Shown here: in pieces, positions 36,249 through 45,965 of the stretch
Layout: each line of letters begins with the position of its first letter
Numbering within the stretch: the first letter of the stretch is position 1
Assembly (NCBI GenBank): GCA_963809425.1
Contig: CAWEJK010000002.1
Coordinates: 193,254-257,253 of the forward strand
DNA: 64,000 bases
Direction of reading: 5' to 3'
Source of the DNA: Thermoanaerobaculia bacterium
GTDB lineage: Bacteria > Acidobacteriota > Thermoanaerobaculia > UBA5066
Translations under genes and position numbers: made by a program
The notes under the pieces: generated by a model
Databases searched by the model: none
Seen by the model: only the letters and a program-made list of their open reading frames with translations
Told to the model about the DNA's origin: nothing

Positions 36249-38005
36249 GGCGCCGCCGGCGCGAGGTCGACGATCGTGAGCGAGGGCCGGCCCGTGAAAG
36301 AGTCGATCGCGAGGTTCGCGGCTACGTCCAGGCGTCCGGCGCGCGCGGCCGGCGGGATGTCGGCGAGCGTCCAGCCCACGGCTTCGAGGCGCCGCCCGCT
36401 GGACGCGAGCGAAACGCGGAGCCCACGTTCGCCGACGGCGCGGCCGCGGCCGTCCCACTCGAGGCCGCGGAACCCGAGAAGCGGCTTCGGATTCTCCTGG
36501 CCGTGCGGCTCGAAACGCTCGAGGGCGCGCGCGAGCGGGTCGTCCGCCTCGGGGGCCTCCACTTCGGTGTCGACGAACAGCTCCTCGGTCCACTCGTCAT
36601 CGTCGCGCGCCGCCGCGAAGGTGTCCCGCAGGTCGTCGCGAAAGGCCTCGAAGGACGCGGCCGGCAGCGTGAGGCCGAGCGCGGCGGCATGACCGCCGAA
36701 CTCTTTCGTATAGCGCCGCGCCACGGGCGCGAGGCGCTCGAAGAGCGGCGTCTTCCCGTAGCTGCGGCCGCTGCCCGACACGACGTCTCCTTCGCGGGCC
36801 AGGAGCAGCACGGGCCTGGCCAGCTCCTTCGCGACACGGGACGCGGCGATTCCCAGAACGCCGCGGTGCCAGCCGTCCGCGGCGTCCCCCGCCTCGACCA
36901 CGATGGCGTCGCGCGCCGCGTCGAAACCGCCGGCGAGCCGCGCGAGCACGAGGTCGACGACGCCCTGCTGGACGGAGCGGCGCTCGTCGTTCGCCGCCTC
37001 GATCTCCCCGGCGAGAATCTCCGCCCGGGCGGCATCGGCCGTCGTGAGCAGCTCGAAGGCGCGCGCCGCGTGGTCGAGCCGCCCCATGGCGTTCAGCCGG
37101 GGCGCGATGCGAAACGCGACTTCACGCGTGGAGGGCGCGCGCCCGGCGGGAACGCCCGCACGCCGGAGGAGAGCCGCGAGACCGGGAGCCCGCGGGTCCG
37201 CGAGTCCCTCGAGGCCCCAGGACACGAGGACGCGGTTCTCGCCCGTGAGGGGGACCATGTCGGCGACGGTCGAGATTGCCGCGATCTTCGCGAGAGAGGC
37301 GAGCCAGCGGCGGCGGCCCGCTGCGTCCACGCCCACGCGCTCCCCCGAGTGGATGAAGAGAGCCTCGGCCAGCTTCCACGCGAGGCCGGCGCCGCACAGC
37401 TCCTTGAAGGGATACCGGCAGCCCGGAAGCTTCGGATCCACGAGCACCGCGCCGTTCGGCAGCGCGGCCGGTGGCAGGTGATGATCCGTCACGATGACGT
37501 AGACGCCGCGGCTCGTGGCCTCGGCCACGGTCTCGACCGCGGTGATCCCGCAGTCGACGGTCACGATGCCCTCCGGCTCGTGCTCTTCGAGCGCGCGCCG
37601 GAGCGTCGACGCCCGAAGGCCGTAGCCGTCCTGGAGCCGGTGCGGAATGAAGGGCCGCGCGTCGGCTCCCAGCTTCCGGAGGACCGTCGTGAGAATCGCG
37701 AGCGCGCCGACGCCGTCGCAGTCGTAGTCCCCGAAAACGACGATGCGCCCGCCGCGCCGGGCGGTGGCCGCGAGGAGCTCCACGGCGGCGGGCAACCCTG
37801 CCATCGCGAAGGGATCGTGCAGCGCGTCGGGGGCGGGCGCGAGATGCGTGCGCGCCGCGTCGACGTCTTCGAAGCCGCGCGCCGCGAGGACGCGGGCCGC
37901 GGGCGCGGGCAGGCCGAGCTCCCGGATGAGGCGGTCCGCCGCATCCAAACGCTGGGGCCGAAGGTGGCGCCGCACGAGGCGCGGCGCGCGCGCCCGGGCG
38001 CTCAC
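36245..38005 (-). CDS. recJ: Single-stranded-DNA-specific exonuclease RecJ
   Basis: 586 aa. DHH motifs ([20 protein letters not shown]) and a DHHA1 domain. Confidence 0.92.
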   Translation of the reverse strand: MSARARAPRLVRRHLRPQRLDAADRLIRELGLPAPAARVLAARGFEDVDAARTHLAPAPDALHDPFAMAGLPAAVELLAATARRGGRIVVFGDYDCDGVGALAILTTVLRKLGADARPFIPHRLQDGYGLRASTLRRALEEHEPEGIVTVDCGITAVETVAEATSRGVYVIVTDHHLPPAALPNGAVLVDPKLPGCRYPFKELCGAGLAWKLAEALFIHSGERVGVDAAGRRRWLASLAKIAAISTVADMVPLTGENRVLVSWGLEGLADPRAPGLAALLRRAGVPAGRAPSTREVAFRIAPRLNAMGRLDHAARAFELLTTADAARAEILAGEIEAANDERRSVQQGVVDLVLARLAGGFDAARDAIVVEAGDAADGWHRGVLGIAASRVAKELARPVLLLAREGDVVSGSGRSYGKTPLFERLAPVARRYTKEFGGHAAALGLTLPAASFEAFRDDLRDTFAAARDDDEWTEELFVDTEVEAPEADDPLARALERFEPHGQENPKPLLGFRGLEWDGRGRAVGERGLRVSLASSGRRLEAVGWTLADIPPAARAGRLDVAANLAIDSFTGRPSLTIVDLAPAAP

Positions 38006-38951
38006 GCGTTCTCCCAGGCCCCCATCGCGCGGAACTTCGCGTACCGCGCCTCGAGCAGCTTTTCGAGCGGAAGGTGCGCGAGGCGCTCGAGCCGCCCCTC
38101 GATCGCGCGCCCGACGGTGTCGATGACCGCGACCGGGTCGGCGTGGGCGCCGCCCGAAGGCTCGCGCAGCACCTCGTCGATGACGCCCAGGGCCTTGCAG
38201 TCCGCCGCCGTCAGCCGCATCGCTTCGGCGGCCTCCTTGGCGCGGGCCTGGTCTTTCCAGAGAATCGCGGCGCAGCCTTCGGGCGAGATCACGGAATAGA
38301 CCGAGTGCTCGAGCATGAGGACGGCGTCGCCGATTCCGATCCCGAGCGCTCCGCCGGAGCCGCCTTCGCCGATGACGGTCGCCACGATCGGGGTGCGAAG
38401 GCCCGACATCTCGAGGAGATTCCGGGCGATCGCCTCCGCGACGCCCCGCTCCTCGCTTTCGAGGCCGGGAAACGCGCCCGGCGTATCGATGAACGAGAGG
38501 ACGGGCTTGCCGAACTTCTCGGCGAGCTTCATCACCCGGAGCGCCTTGCGGTAGCCCTCGGGGCGCGGCATCCCGAAGTTGCGCCGGATCTTCTCCCGCG
38601 TGTCGCGGCCCTTCTGGTGTCCGATCACGGCCACGGGGCGCGCCCCCAGAAGCCGAAGCCCGCCACGATCGCCGGATCGTCCGCGAAGGCCCTGTCGCCG
38701 TGCCATTCCACGAAATCCCGGATGAGGATGCGCACGTAGTCGAGCGTGAACGGCCGGTTCGGGTGCCGCGCCACGAGGGTCTTCTGCCAGGGCGTGAGGT
38801 TTTCGTAGATCTCGCGGGACAGCTTCTGGAGCTTCTCCTCGAGCTTCTCGACCTCGCGCTCGCGGGCGGGGCTCTCCGCGAAGCTCTTCAGCTCCTCGAG
38901 CCGTCGCTTCACGCGCTGGATCGGCTCGTCGAACTGAGCCTCGTTCGCCAT
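38002..38951 (-). CDS. accA: Acetyl-CoA carboxylase carboxyltransferase alpha subunit, frame broken by an apparent 1-nt deletion
   Basis: N-terminal part ([14 protein letters not shown]...[13 protein letters not shown]) is in the frame of listed ORF 38625..39275. The rest ([33 protein letters not shown]...) is in the frame of 38002..39729. Junction at 38656-38669. Length 950 nt = 3n+2. Confidence 0.85.
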
Positions 38952-39015
38952 GCGGAGACTGTAGCAGAGGCCTCCTCCCGTTGCTCGACGGCGGCGGCGT
39001 TTCGGGGCAAGCTTC

Positions 39016-39056
39016 GAAGAGGAAGAGAAAGAGATTCTTAGAATGGAAGAGATCGG
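39016..39056. repeat. Solo F arm of the inverted-repeat element, containing the methyltransferase start codon
   Basis: GAAGAGGAAGAGAAAGAGATTCTTAGAATGGAAGAGATCGG. Compare 24084 and 44861. Confidence 0.65.
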
Positions 39057-39993
39057 AACCCTCGCGGACACGGAACTGGTCTGTCCCGCTTGTCGCGGCG
39101 CGCTTTCGAGGTCCCCCTCCGCGCTCGGGTGCCGGTCCTGCGGCCGTTCGTTTCCCGTCGACGACGGCATCGCGGATTTCGCCGAGGGGCGGTACTTCGT
39201 CGACCATCCGGATCCGAACGCGCTCTCCGAGAACGTCCGCCGGGGAATGGCGAACGAGAACGAGGGCCGCCGCATCGAGGATTACTACCTCCCGATCCTG
39301 CGCGCGGCCGGCACGCGGCGCGTCCTCGATTCCGGCTGCGGGAACGGCGAGGCGGTCGACGTCCTTCGGGGCGCCGGTTTCGATGCGTGGGGGCACGATC
39401 TCTCGGCGTTCCGCAAATGGCAATGGCGGTTCCGGACGCACCGCGAGCGGCTCGTCGTGGCGGACGGACTGAAGCTGCCGTTTCCGGACGGGTACTTCGA
39501 CGCCGTGATCTCCTCGGGCGTTCTCGAGCACGTCGGCGTCTCCGAGCGAGGCGGACCCGCGATCTACGAAGTCTCGCCGGTCCCTGATCGCGACGAGAAA
39601 CGGCGCGCCTTCCTCGCGGGCCTCGCGCGCGTGCTCGCCCCCGGCGGCGTCCTCTATCTCGATTTTCCGAACGGCGCATTCCCCATCGACTTCTGGCACG
39701 GGCCGACGGCCGGCGGGGCCCGGTGGCATTCACGTGTCGAAGGATTCCTTCCGACGGTGCGGGAGCTCCGCAGGCTCGCGGCGCGCCTGGATCCCCCTCT
39801 TTTCGTCTCCGTGCGCTCGCCGCACCGCCGGCTGCGCTTCAACCAGGTTGGCGCGCACTGGTACGGGCGCCTCTTCCGCGCTCCGATGGCGGGCTTCTAC
39901 GCGATGACCGCGGTTAGAGGCTTCACGTGGCTCGCCTCGACCCCGCTGAATCCCTACCTGACCCTGTCGCTTCGCCGACGGGTTTCTGGCTGA
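39043..39993 (+). CDS. Class I SAM-dependent methyltransferase with N-terminal Trm112-like zinc ribbon
   Basis: CPACRG...[17 protein letters not shown], then [10 protein letters not shown] and [13 protein letters not shown]. Confidence 0.75.
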   Translation: MEEIGTLADTELVCPACRGALSRSPSALGCRSCGRSFPVDDGIADFAEGRYFVDHPDPNALSENVRRGMANENEGRRIEDYYLPILRAAGTRRVLDSGCGNGEAVDVLRGAGFDAWGHDLSAFRKWQWRFRTHRERLVVADGLKLPFPDGYFDAVISSGVLEHVGVSERGGPAIYEVSPVPDRDEKRRAFLAGLARVLAPGGVLYLDFPNGAFPIDFWHGPTAGGARWHSRVEGFLPTVRELRRLAARLDPPLFVSVRSPHRRLRFNQVGAHWYGRLFRAPMAGFYAMTAVRGFTWLASTPLNPYLTLSLRRRVSG

Positions 39994-39997
39994 AGCC

Positions 39998-41188
39998 GTG
40001 GTCGGAATCTCCCGCCGCAGGTTCCTCTCCGGGTCCGCCGCGACGGCGGCTCTCTTCGGCGCGGGCCGCAGGCCCGTTCTTTCCGAACGATCCGACCCGT
40101 CGCGCCCGCGCCGCACCGGGCTCACGCACGTCGTCGTCGCGATGATGGAGAACCGCTCGTTCGACCACCTGCTCGGCTGGCTGCCCGGCGCGGACGGGCG
40201 GCAGGCCGGGCTCGTCTACACGGACGCGAAGGGCGTCCCGCACGCGACCCACCCGCTGGCACCCGACTTCCAGGGCTGCGGGCACGCCGACCCCGACCAC
40301 TCGTGGACCGGCGGGCGCGTCGCGTTCGACGGCGGTGCCTGCGACGGATGGCTCCGCGCCGGTGCGAACGACGACTTCGCGATCGGCTACTACGCGCAGG
40401 CCGACCTCCCGTTCTTCGGTCAGGCCGCGCTCGACTGGACCGTCTGCGACCGCTACTTCGCGCCGATCATGGGACCGACCTTTCCGAACCGCCTCTACCT
40501 GAACGCGGGCGTGACGGACCGCCTCGAGAACACCGGGGACCTCTGCACGCTCCCGACGATCTGGGACCGGCTCCAGGATGCGCGCCTCGAAGGCCGCTAT
40601 TACTCCTCGTCGCTCCCTTTCTCCTTCCTTTCGCTCTGGGGCTCGAAGTACCGGCCGATCACCCGGTCGTACGACGAGTTTCTCGAGGACTGCGCGAGCG
40701 GACGTCTCCCCGCGGTCGCGTTTCTCGACGCGCCGAGCGAGGGCGAGGGCACCGGCGAGTCCTCCGACGACCATCCGTTCGGGGACGTCCGCGCCGGCGA
40801 GGCCTGGCTCGCGGGGACGTACCGCGCCGTCACGTCATCGCCGGCCTGGCCGCACACCCTCCTCGTGATCACGTTCGACGAGTGGGGCGGGTTCTTCGAC
40901 CACGTGCCGCCCTCCGTGGCTCCCGACGTCGAACCCGCGTACGCGCTGCGCGGCTTCCGGGTCCCGTGCCTCCTCGTCTCGCCCTGGACGCGATACGGGG
41001 GCGTCGTCAGCCGGACGTTCGACCACGCGTCGATTCTCCGCATGATCGAATCGCGCTGGAGCCTTCGTCCGCTCTCCGTCCGCGACGCCGCCGCGAGCAG
41101 CCTCGCCGACGCGCTCGACTTCTCCGATCCCGATTTCTTCGTGCCGGACTACGCCGTCCCACCGCTCGTGTCCGTGCGCTGCCCCTAG
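39998..41188 (+). CDS. Tat-exported phosphoesterase family protein (phospholipase C / acid phosphatase AcpA family)
   Basis: Twin-arginine signal SRRRFLSGSAATAALFGAG. Contains VVVAMMENRSFDHLLGW, GPTFPNRLYL and VITFDEWGGFFDHV. Confidence 0.85.
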   Translation: MVGISRRRFLSGSAATAALFGAGRRPVLSERSDPSRPRRTGLTHVVVAMMENRSFDHLLGWLPGADGRQAGLVYTDAKGVPHATHPLAPDFQGCGHADPDHSWTGGRVAFDGGACDGWLRAGANDDFAIGYYAQADLPFFGQAALDWTVCDRYFAPIMGPTFPNRLYLNAGVTDRLENTGDLCTLPTIWDRLQDARLEGRYYSSSLPFSFLSLWGSKYRPITRSYDEFLEDCASGRLPAVAFLDAPSEGEGTGESSDDHPFGDVRAGEAWLAGTYRAVTSSPAWPHTLLVITFDEWGGFFDHVPPSVAPDVEPAYALRGFRVPCLLVSPWTRYGGVVSRTFDHASILRMIESRWSLRPLSVRDAAASSLADALDFSDPDFFVPDYAVPPLVSVRCP

Positions 41189-43587
41189 AGAAGGTTCTGC
41201 GGGTCGACGTCCAGGCGCGGCGGCTGCGGTAACGCCGCGAGGAGGCGTCCGGCCTCGGCGATGGCCTCGCGGCGTTCGGCCTTGATGACGAGGTGGTAGC
41301 GCCAGAGGCCCTTCAGGCGCTCGAGCGGCGCCGGTGCGGGCCCCAGGATGCGGATCTCCCGGGCGACGTCCGCCGACGCGAGGGCCGTGAACGCCGCGCC
41401 CGCCGCGCGATGGGCCTTCGGCAGCTCGACGTCCACGAAGAGCGCGAGGAGGAGATGCGTGTACGGCGGGTAGCGGAACGCCTTCCGAAAACGCAGCTCT
41501 GCCTCGGCGAACGCGGGATGGTCCTGCTTCACGGCGGCGCGAATCGCCTCGTGATCGGGCCGGGACGTCTGGACGGCGACGAGCCCCGGCCTCTCCCCGC
41601 GGCCGACGCGTCCCGCCGCCTGCGTGACGAGCTGGAACGTCCGCTCGGCCGAGCGGAAGTCGGGGAACGAAAGGAGCGCGTCGGCGTCCAGGACGGCCAG
41701 AGCCGTCGCATTCGGAAAGTCGTGCCCTTTCGCGACCATCTGCGTCCCGAGCAGCGCCTGCGAGCGCCCCGCCTCGAAATCCTGGAGCACTCCCGCGGCA
41801 CCGCCGCGCCGCGCCGCCGCATCGCGGTCGAGAACGGCATAGGGGATTCCGGGGAAGCGCTCTTCGAATCTGTCGGCCAGGCGCTCCGTGCCGAAGCCGA
41901 TGGGCTGGAGCGCGTCCGCGGCGCACTTCGGGCAGGCAACCGGGCGGCGAATTTCGTCGCCGCAGTAGTGGCACAGGAGCCGCTCGTGCCGGCGGTGGTA
42001 CGTGCGCGCGACGGAGCAGTTCCCGCAGCGAAAGTCCTCGCCGCACGCGCGGCAGAGGAGGCTGGGCGAGAACCCCCGCCGGTTGAGGAGGAGGATCGCC
42101 TGCTCTCCCCTCTCGAAGCACGCCGTGAGGATCTCCGCGGTGCGCGCGGCGAGGAGGACGCGCCCGTGATCGCCTTCGCGGGCCTTCTCCTCCCGGAGAT
42201 CGACGACCTCGACCTTCGCCCGCGGGCGGGCCCCGGGGCGGTCGGGCAGCGCGAGGCGCGGCAGGCGGCCCTCGCGCGCGGCGCGCTCCTGCTCCATGGA
42301 CGGCGTGGCCGAGCCCAGGACGAGCGTCGCGCCCTCCTCGTGGGCGCGCACGCGCGCCACGGCGCGGGCGTCGTAGCGCGGCGACTCCCCTTGCTTGTAG
42401 GCGGCGTCGTGGGCCTCGTCGACGACGATGAGGCCGAGCTCCGGCAGCGGCGCGAAGACGGCCGAGCGAGGGCCCACGACGGCATCGACATCCCCCCGTC
42501 GCGCGCGCTCCCATTCGGCGGCGCGCTCGCCGTCCGAGAGGCCGCTGTGGAGAAGGGAGATCCGGTCTCCGAAGCGCGCCACGAGCCGCCTCACGAGGGC
42601 CGGAGCGAGCGCGATCTCCGGTACGAGGAGGATCCCTCGTTTTCCCGCGTCCCGCGCGGACTCGAGCGCCGCGAGGTAGACCTCGGTCTTGCCGCTGCCC
42701 GTCACGCCGTCGAGGAGGAATTCCATCGGCGTGCGCCCGCGGACGCTTTCGGAGATCGTCTCGATCGCCGCCCGCTGCGCTTCGGTGGGCACGGGCCGCC
42801 TGTCCTGGTCGGAGGCTCCGACGTGCAGGCCGATGTTCGTGCGGCGTTCCGTCTCGATGGCCGCGACGAGACCCGCCTTCGCGAGAGCGGAAACCACGGC
42901 GGTGGTGCCTCCGGCCTCACGCATCTCTGCGATCGAGGCGGGCCGGCCGAGGGCGAGGAGCCGGGCGTGCAGGGCGCGGCGCTTCGGCGCACGCGAGAAG
43001 GCCGGGTGATCAGCCGGGGCCGGGCGCGCGACCCATGCCCGGTCGGACGGAGCCGCGGCGGCGCGAAGGCTCTCGGAGCGGATCCGCGCGAGGCCCCCCG
43101 CGACGAGCAGCTTGAGTGCCGACGGCAGGCCCTTCCGCCCCACGCGTTCCACGAGATCGGTCAGGCGGGCTTCTCCCTTCTCGAGAAGCACGGCGAGAAT
43201 CCCGCCGGCGACGCCGTCGGTCCGCGCGCCGACGGCGCCGGGCGTCGGCACGAAGACGGCTTCGGAGGCGCGGAGCAGCCGGGCCGGGACCGCCGCGCGC
43301 AGGAGCTCGCCCGGCGGGACGACGTAATAGGCGGCCGCGCGCACGAGGACCTCGACGAGACGCCCGGAGAGAAACGGCGCGTCGTCGAGCGCCGCCACAA
43401 CGTCGCGTTCCACCGCGCCGTCGGGAGCGGGCGGCGGGTCGAGCGAGACGACGATGCCGGTCGCGAGCGCGCTTCCGAACGGCGCGGCGACACGCGCGCC
43501 CGGGATCAGAGGTCCGACATCCTCCGGCACCCGGTAGCTCGGCAGTCCGGGAAAGTGGTTCGGAAGGAGAAGCGCGACGCGCGTCAG
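41185..43587 (-). CDS. priA: Primosomal protein N-prime (replication restart helicase PriA)
   Basis: Contains LLDGVTGSGKTEVY, DEAHD and the Cys-rich zinc-binding region CRACGEDFRCGNC...CHYCG...CPKCA. The conserved N-terminus VALLLPNHFPGLPSYRVP has no in-frame ATG/GTG/TTG nearby. CTG 43587 overlaps the upstream TGA. The upstream part of the listed ORF is Arg-rich. Confidence 0.88.
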   Translation of the reverse strand: MTRVALLLPNHFPGLPSYRVPEDVGPLIPGARVAAPFGSALATGIVVSLDPPPAPDGAVERDVVAALDDAPFLSGRLVEVLVRAAAYYVVPPGELLRAAVPARLLRASEAVFVPTPGAVGARTDGVAGGILAVLLEKGEARLTDLVERVGRKGLPSALKLLVAGGLARIRSESLRAAAAPSDRAWVARPAPADHPAFSRAPKRRALHARLLALGRPASIAEMREAGGTTAVVSALAKAGLVAAIETERRTNIGLHVGASDQDRRPVPTEAQRAAIETISESVRGRTPMEFLLDGVTGSGKTEVYLAALESARDAGKRGILLVPEIALAPALVRRLVARFGDRISLLHSGLSDGERAAEWERARRGDVDAVVGPRSAVFAPLPELGLIVVDEAHDAAYKQGESPRYDARAVARVRAHEEGATLVLGSATPSMEQERAAREGRLPRLALPDRPGARPRAKVEVVDLREEKAREGDHGRVLLAARTAEILTACFERGEQAILLLNRRGFSPSLLCRACGEDFRCGNCSVARTYHRRHERLLCHYCGDEIRRPVACPKCAADALQPIGFGTERLADRFEERFPGIPYAVLDRDAAARRGGAAGVLQDFEAGRSQALLGTQMVAKGHDFPNATALAVLDADALLSFPDFRSAERTFQLVTQAAGRVGRGERPGLVAVQTSRPDHEAIRAAVKQDHPAFAEAELRFRKAFRYPPYTHLLLALFVDVELPKAHRAAGAAFTALASADVAREIRILGPAPAPLERLKGLWRYHLVIKAERREAIAEAGRLLAALPQPPRLDVDPQNLL

Positions 43588-44240
43588 ACGCGCGCCCTCG
43601 GCTTCTGATCGGGGGTCTCCTCGGGCACGTCTTCGTCCGCGGGGTCGTTCCGCACCGTCGGCTCGTCGGCATCCACGAAACGCTTCTCCGCGGGCTCCCA
43701 GCGCCAGCGGCGCGTCGGGTCCAGCCCGAGGTCCGGCGTGATGATGAGGAGCGAGCGCTCGATCGTGAGGTCGCCCGCGCCGAGAGAGATCGCGCGCTCG
43801 ACCCAGATCGGAGTCTGGAACGTGCCGTCCCCCGCGCCGAAGAACACGGCCACGTGGAACCACGGGCCGCCGGATCCCTTTCCCACGAAGGCCTGCGCGA
43901 AGTCCAGCCGGCCGTCGCCGTCGAGATCCCCGCGAACGAAGAACGGGTGATAACCCCCGTAGACCTCTTCGAGGTCGCGGCGCTCGTCCGACTCCGCCGC
44001 GTCGCCGTCCTCGGCGGCCCGCACCGCAAGCCCGTCTTTCGCGAAGGTCTCGAGCGCGTGCTCGACGGCGAGCCGCTCGACGCTCGTCCGGCCCGACGCG
44101 TCGAGACCCCGCGCTTCGGCGCTCGACGCCTTCATCGCGGGCTTCGCCGGCTTCGGAGCCGGCTTCGACAGAAGGAAGGCGGCGGCGGTCGCGCCGGCGA
44201 CCGCGAGGGCCGAGAGGACGTAGCGAATGCGCACGCTCAC
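43584..44240 (-). CDS. Hypothetical exported protein with FG-GAP/VCBS-like Ca-binding motif
   Basis: GTG 44240 (GTGA overlap with the udg stop). Signal-like IRYVLSALAVAGATAAAFLL, and GDLDGDGRLDFAQ. Confidence 0.55.
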   Translation of the reverse strand: MSVRIRYVLSALAVAGATAAAFLLSKPAPKPAKPAMKASSAEARGLDASGRTSVERLAVEHALETFAKDGLAVRAAEDGDAAESDERRDLEEVYGGYHPFFVRGDLDGDGRLDFAQAFVGKGSGGPWFHVAVFFGAGDGTFQTPIWVERAISLGAGDLTIERSLLIITPDLGLDPTRRWRWEPAEKRFVDADEPTVRNDPADEDVPEETPDQKPRARV

Positions 44241-45070
44241 GGCTGCTTCCCCTTCCGCGCCGGCGCGTCGATCCCGAGCCGCGCGAGCACCGCGAGCAGA
44301 TCCTCCCACGCGTCCTTTTTCTGGGCGGGCTGGCGGAGGAGGTACGACGGGTGAAGAGTCGGCATCACGGGGATGCCTCGATAGCTCCCCCATTTGCCGC
44401 GGAGGCGCGTGATGCCCTCTTCGGTTTCCAGCAGGAAGTGCGCGGCGAATTTGCCGAGCGCGACGAGCACCTCCGGCTTCACGAGATCGATCTGCCTTTC
44501 GAGGTAGCCGCGGCAGGCGGCGATCTCGTCGGGCTCCGGATTCCGGTTCTCGGGCGGACGGCACTTCAGGACGTTCGCGATGTAGACGGACGAGCGCGGC
44601 AGCCCCATGCCGTCCTCGATCATCCGCGTGAGAAGCTGGCCGGCGCGCCCTACGAACGGGACGCCCTGCGCGTCCTCGTCGGCCCCCGGAGCCTCGCCGA
44701 TGAACATGATCCTGGCGCTGGACGAGCCGTCCGCGAACACCGTCTGCTTGCGGGTTTTGCACAGCCGGCATGTGACGCAGGAAGAGACTTCTTTTGCTAA
44801 AGACTGCAGCTCCAGGGCCGAAGCGCGTCGAGCGGAAGGCGAAGCGGCGGGAGACGGCGCATTTTCTTCGAATGGTGAAGAGAGATCGGGAAGCGCCGGC
44901 GCCGCAGGGGACGCGCCTGCGGGCTTGCCCGCCGCCCTATTAACCTTCAAAGAAATCTTCTCTTTCTCTTCGAACCTTGCATCAAGGTAAAGCTCCGCCA
45001 CGCCGAGGTCGCGATAGTAGGCGAGGGTTTCCCGAAGCGCGTCGGAGCCGGGGGGCCGCGCGGGGGTCAC
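44237..45070 (-). CDS. Uracil-DNA glycosylase, family 4, with N-terminal extension containing a repeat element
   Basis: CRLCKTRKQTVFADGS...IMFIGEAPGADEDAQGVPFVGRAGQLL...HPSYLLR. Confidence 0.88.
   Translation of the reverse strand: MTPARPPGSDALRETLAYYRDLGVAELYLDARFEEKEKISLKVNRAAGKPAGASPAAPALPDLSSPFEENAPSPAASPSARRASALELQSLAKEVSSCVTCRLCKTRKQTVFADGSSSARIMFIGEAPGADEDAQGVPFVGRAGQLLTRMIEDGMGLPRSSVYIANVLKCRPPENRNPEPDEIAACRGYLERQIDLVKPEVLVALGKFAAHFLLETEEGITRLRGKWGSYRGIPVMPTLHPSYLLRQPAQKKDAWEDLLAVLARLGIDAPARKGKQP
44861..44972. repeat. Low-GC inverted-repeat element copy, in frame inside the udg N-terminal region
   Basis: F arm ATTTTCTTCGAATGGTGAAGAGAGATCGGG (44861-44890). GC core. R arm CCCTATTAACCTTCAAAGAAATCTTCTCTTTCTCTTCG (44935-44972). 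Confidence 0.8.
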
Positions 45071-45077
45071 CCGAAGA

Positions 45078-45308
45078 TCACTCGGTCGGGAGCAGGTCGA
45101 CGGCCGCGATCTCTTCGACGGCCGGTTCGGGGGACGCGAGCTGCCAGCGCACGAGGTCGGCGTTCACCTCTTCGAGAGCGACGCGGGTGACCTTCGCGCG
45201 TTTGCTTTCGATCTTCGGGCGCGCGCCCTGGACGAGCTGCTCGGCCCTCCGGGAGACGATGTGAACGAGGCGGAACTTCGACTCGACGTTCGGCGGAAGC
45301 TGCGACAT
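45078..45308 (-). CDS. rpoZ: DNA-directed RNA polymerase omega subunit
   Basis: 76 aa from ATG 45308. Contains SKFRLVHIVSRRAEQLVQGARPKI. Follows gmk, the classical gene order. Confidence 0.85.
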   Translation of the reverse strand: MSQLPPNVESKFRLVHIVSRRAEQLVQGARPKIESKRAKVTRVALEEVNADLVRWQLASPEPAVEEIAAVDLLPTE

Positions 45309-45331
45309 GAAGAGATTGTCCTCCGTGAGAT

Positions 45332-45955
45332 TCAGGGCGCGAAGGTCCTGAGGATCGATTCGAGGCGTTCGCGCCGGCGGCCCTTGCCCGCCCGCCGCGC
45401 CACGAGGATCGAGCGAAGCTCGTCCACCGCGGTCTCCAGATCCTCGTTGATTATCGCATAGTCGAACTCGCCCCATTCCTCCATCTCCTTACGGGCCGCG
45501 GCGAGCCGGCGGAGAACGGCGTCCGGGGCGTCGGACCCCCGGGCCTTGAGCCGTTTCTCGAGGACCTCGCGCGAGGGCGGGAAGACGATCACCTTGACGG
45601 CCTCGGGCACGTGAGAACGGACCTGCCGGGCCCCCTGGACGTCGATGTCGAGAAGAACGTCGATTCCGCTTGCGAGGCGCGGCTCGACCTCTTCGCGGGA
45701 GGTGCCATAGAGGTTGCCGTGCACGACCGCCCACTCCAGGAAGCCGCCGCGGGCCTCGATCGCGCGGAACGCGGGCTCGTCGACGAAGTGGTACTCGACT
45801 CCCGTACGCTCCCCGGCCCGCGGAAGCCGCGTCGTGTGGGAGACGGAGAAGTACAGGGAGGCCCCGATCCGGGGATCCCGGAGAACGCGGTGAATCAGGG
45901 TCGTCTTTCCAGCCCCCGAAGGCGAGGAGACGATGAACAGGTCGCCACGGCTCAC
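45332..45955 (-). CDS. gmk: Guanylate kinase
   Basis: LFIVSSPSGAGKTTL and TTRLPRAGERTGVEYHFV. Confidence 0.94.
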   Translation of the reverse strand: MSRGDLFIVSSPSGAGKTTLIHRVLRDPRIGASLYFSVSHTTRLPRAGERTGVEYHFVDEPAFRAIEARGGFLEWAVVHGNLYGTSREEVEPRLASGIDVLLDIDVQGARQVRSHVPEAVKVIVFPPSREVLEKRLKARGSDAPDAVLRRLAAARKEMEEWGEFDYAIINEDLETAVDELRSILVARRAGKGRRRERLESILRTFAP

Positions 45956-45965
45956 TGCGGTGCTC

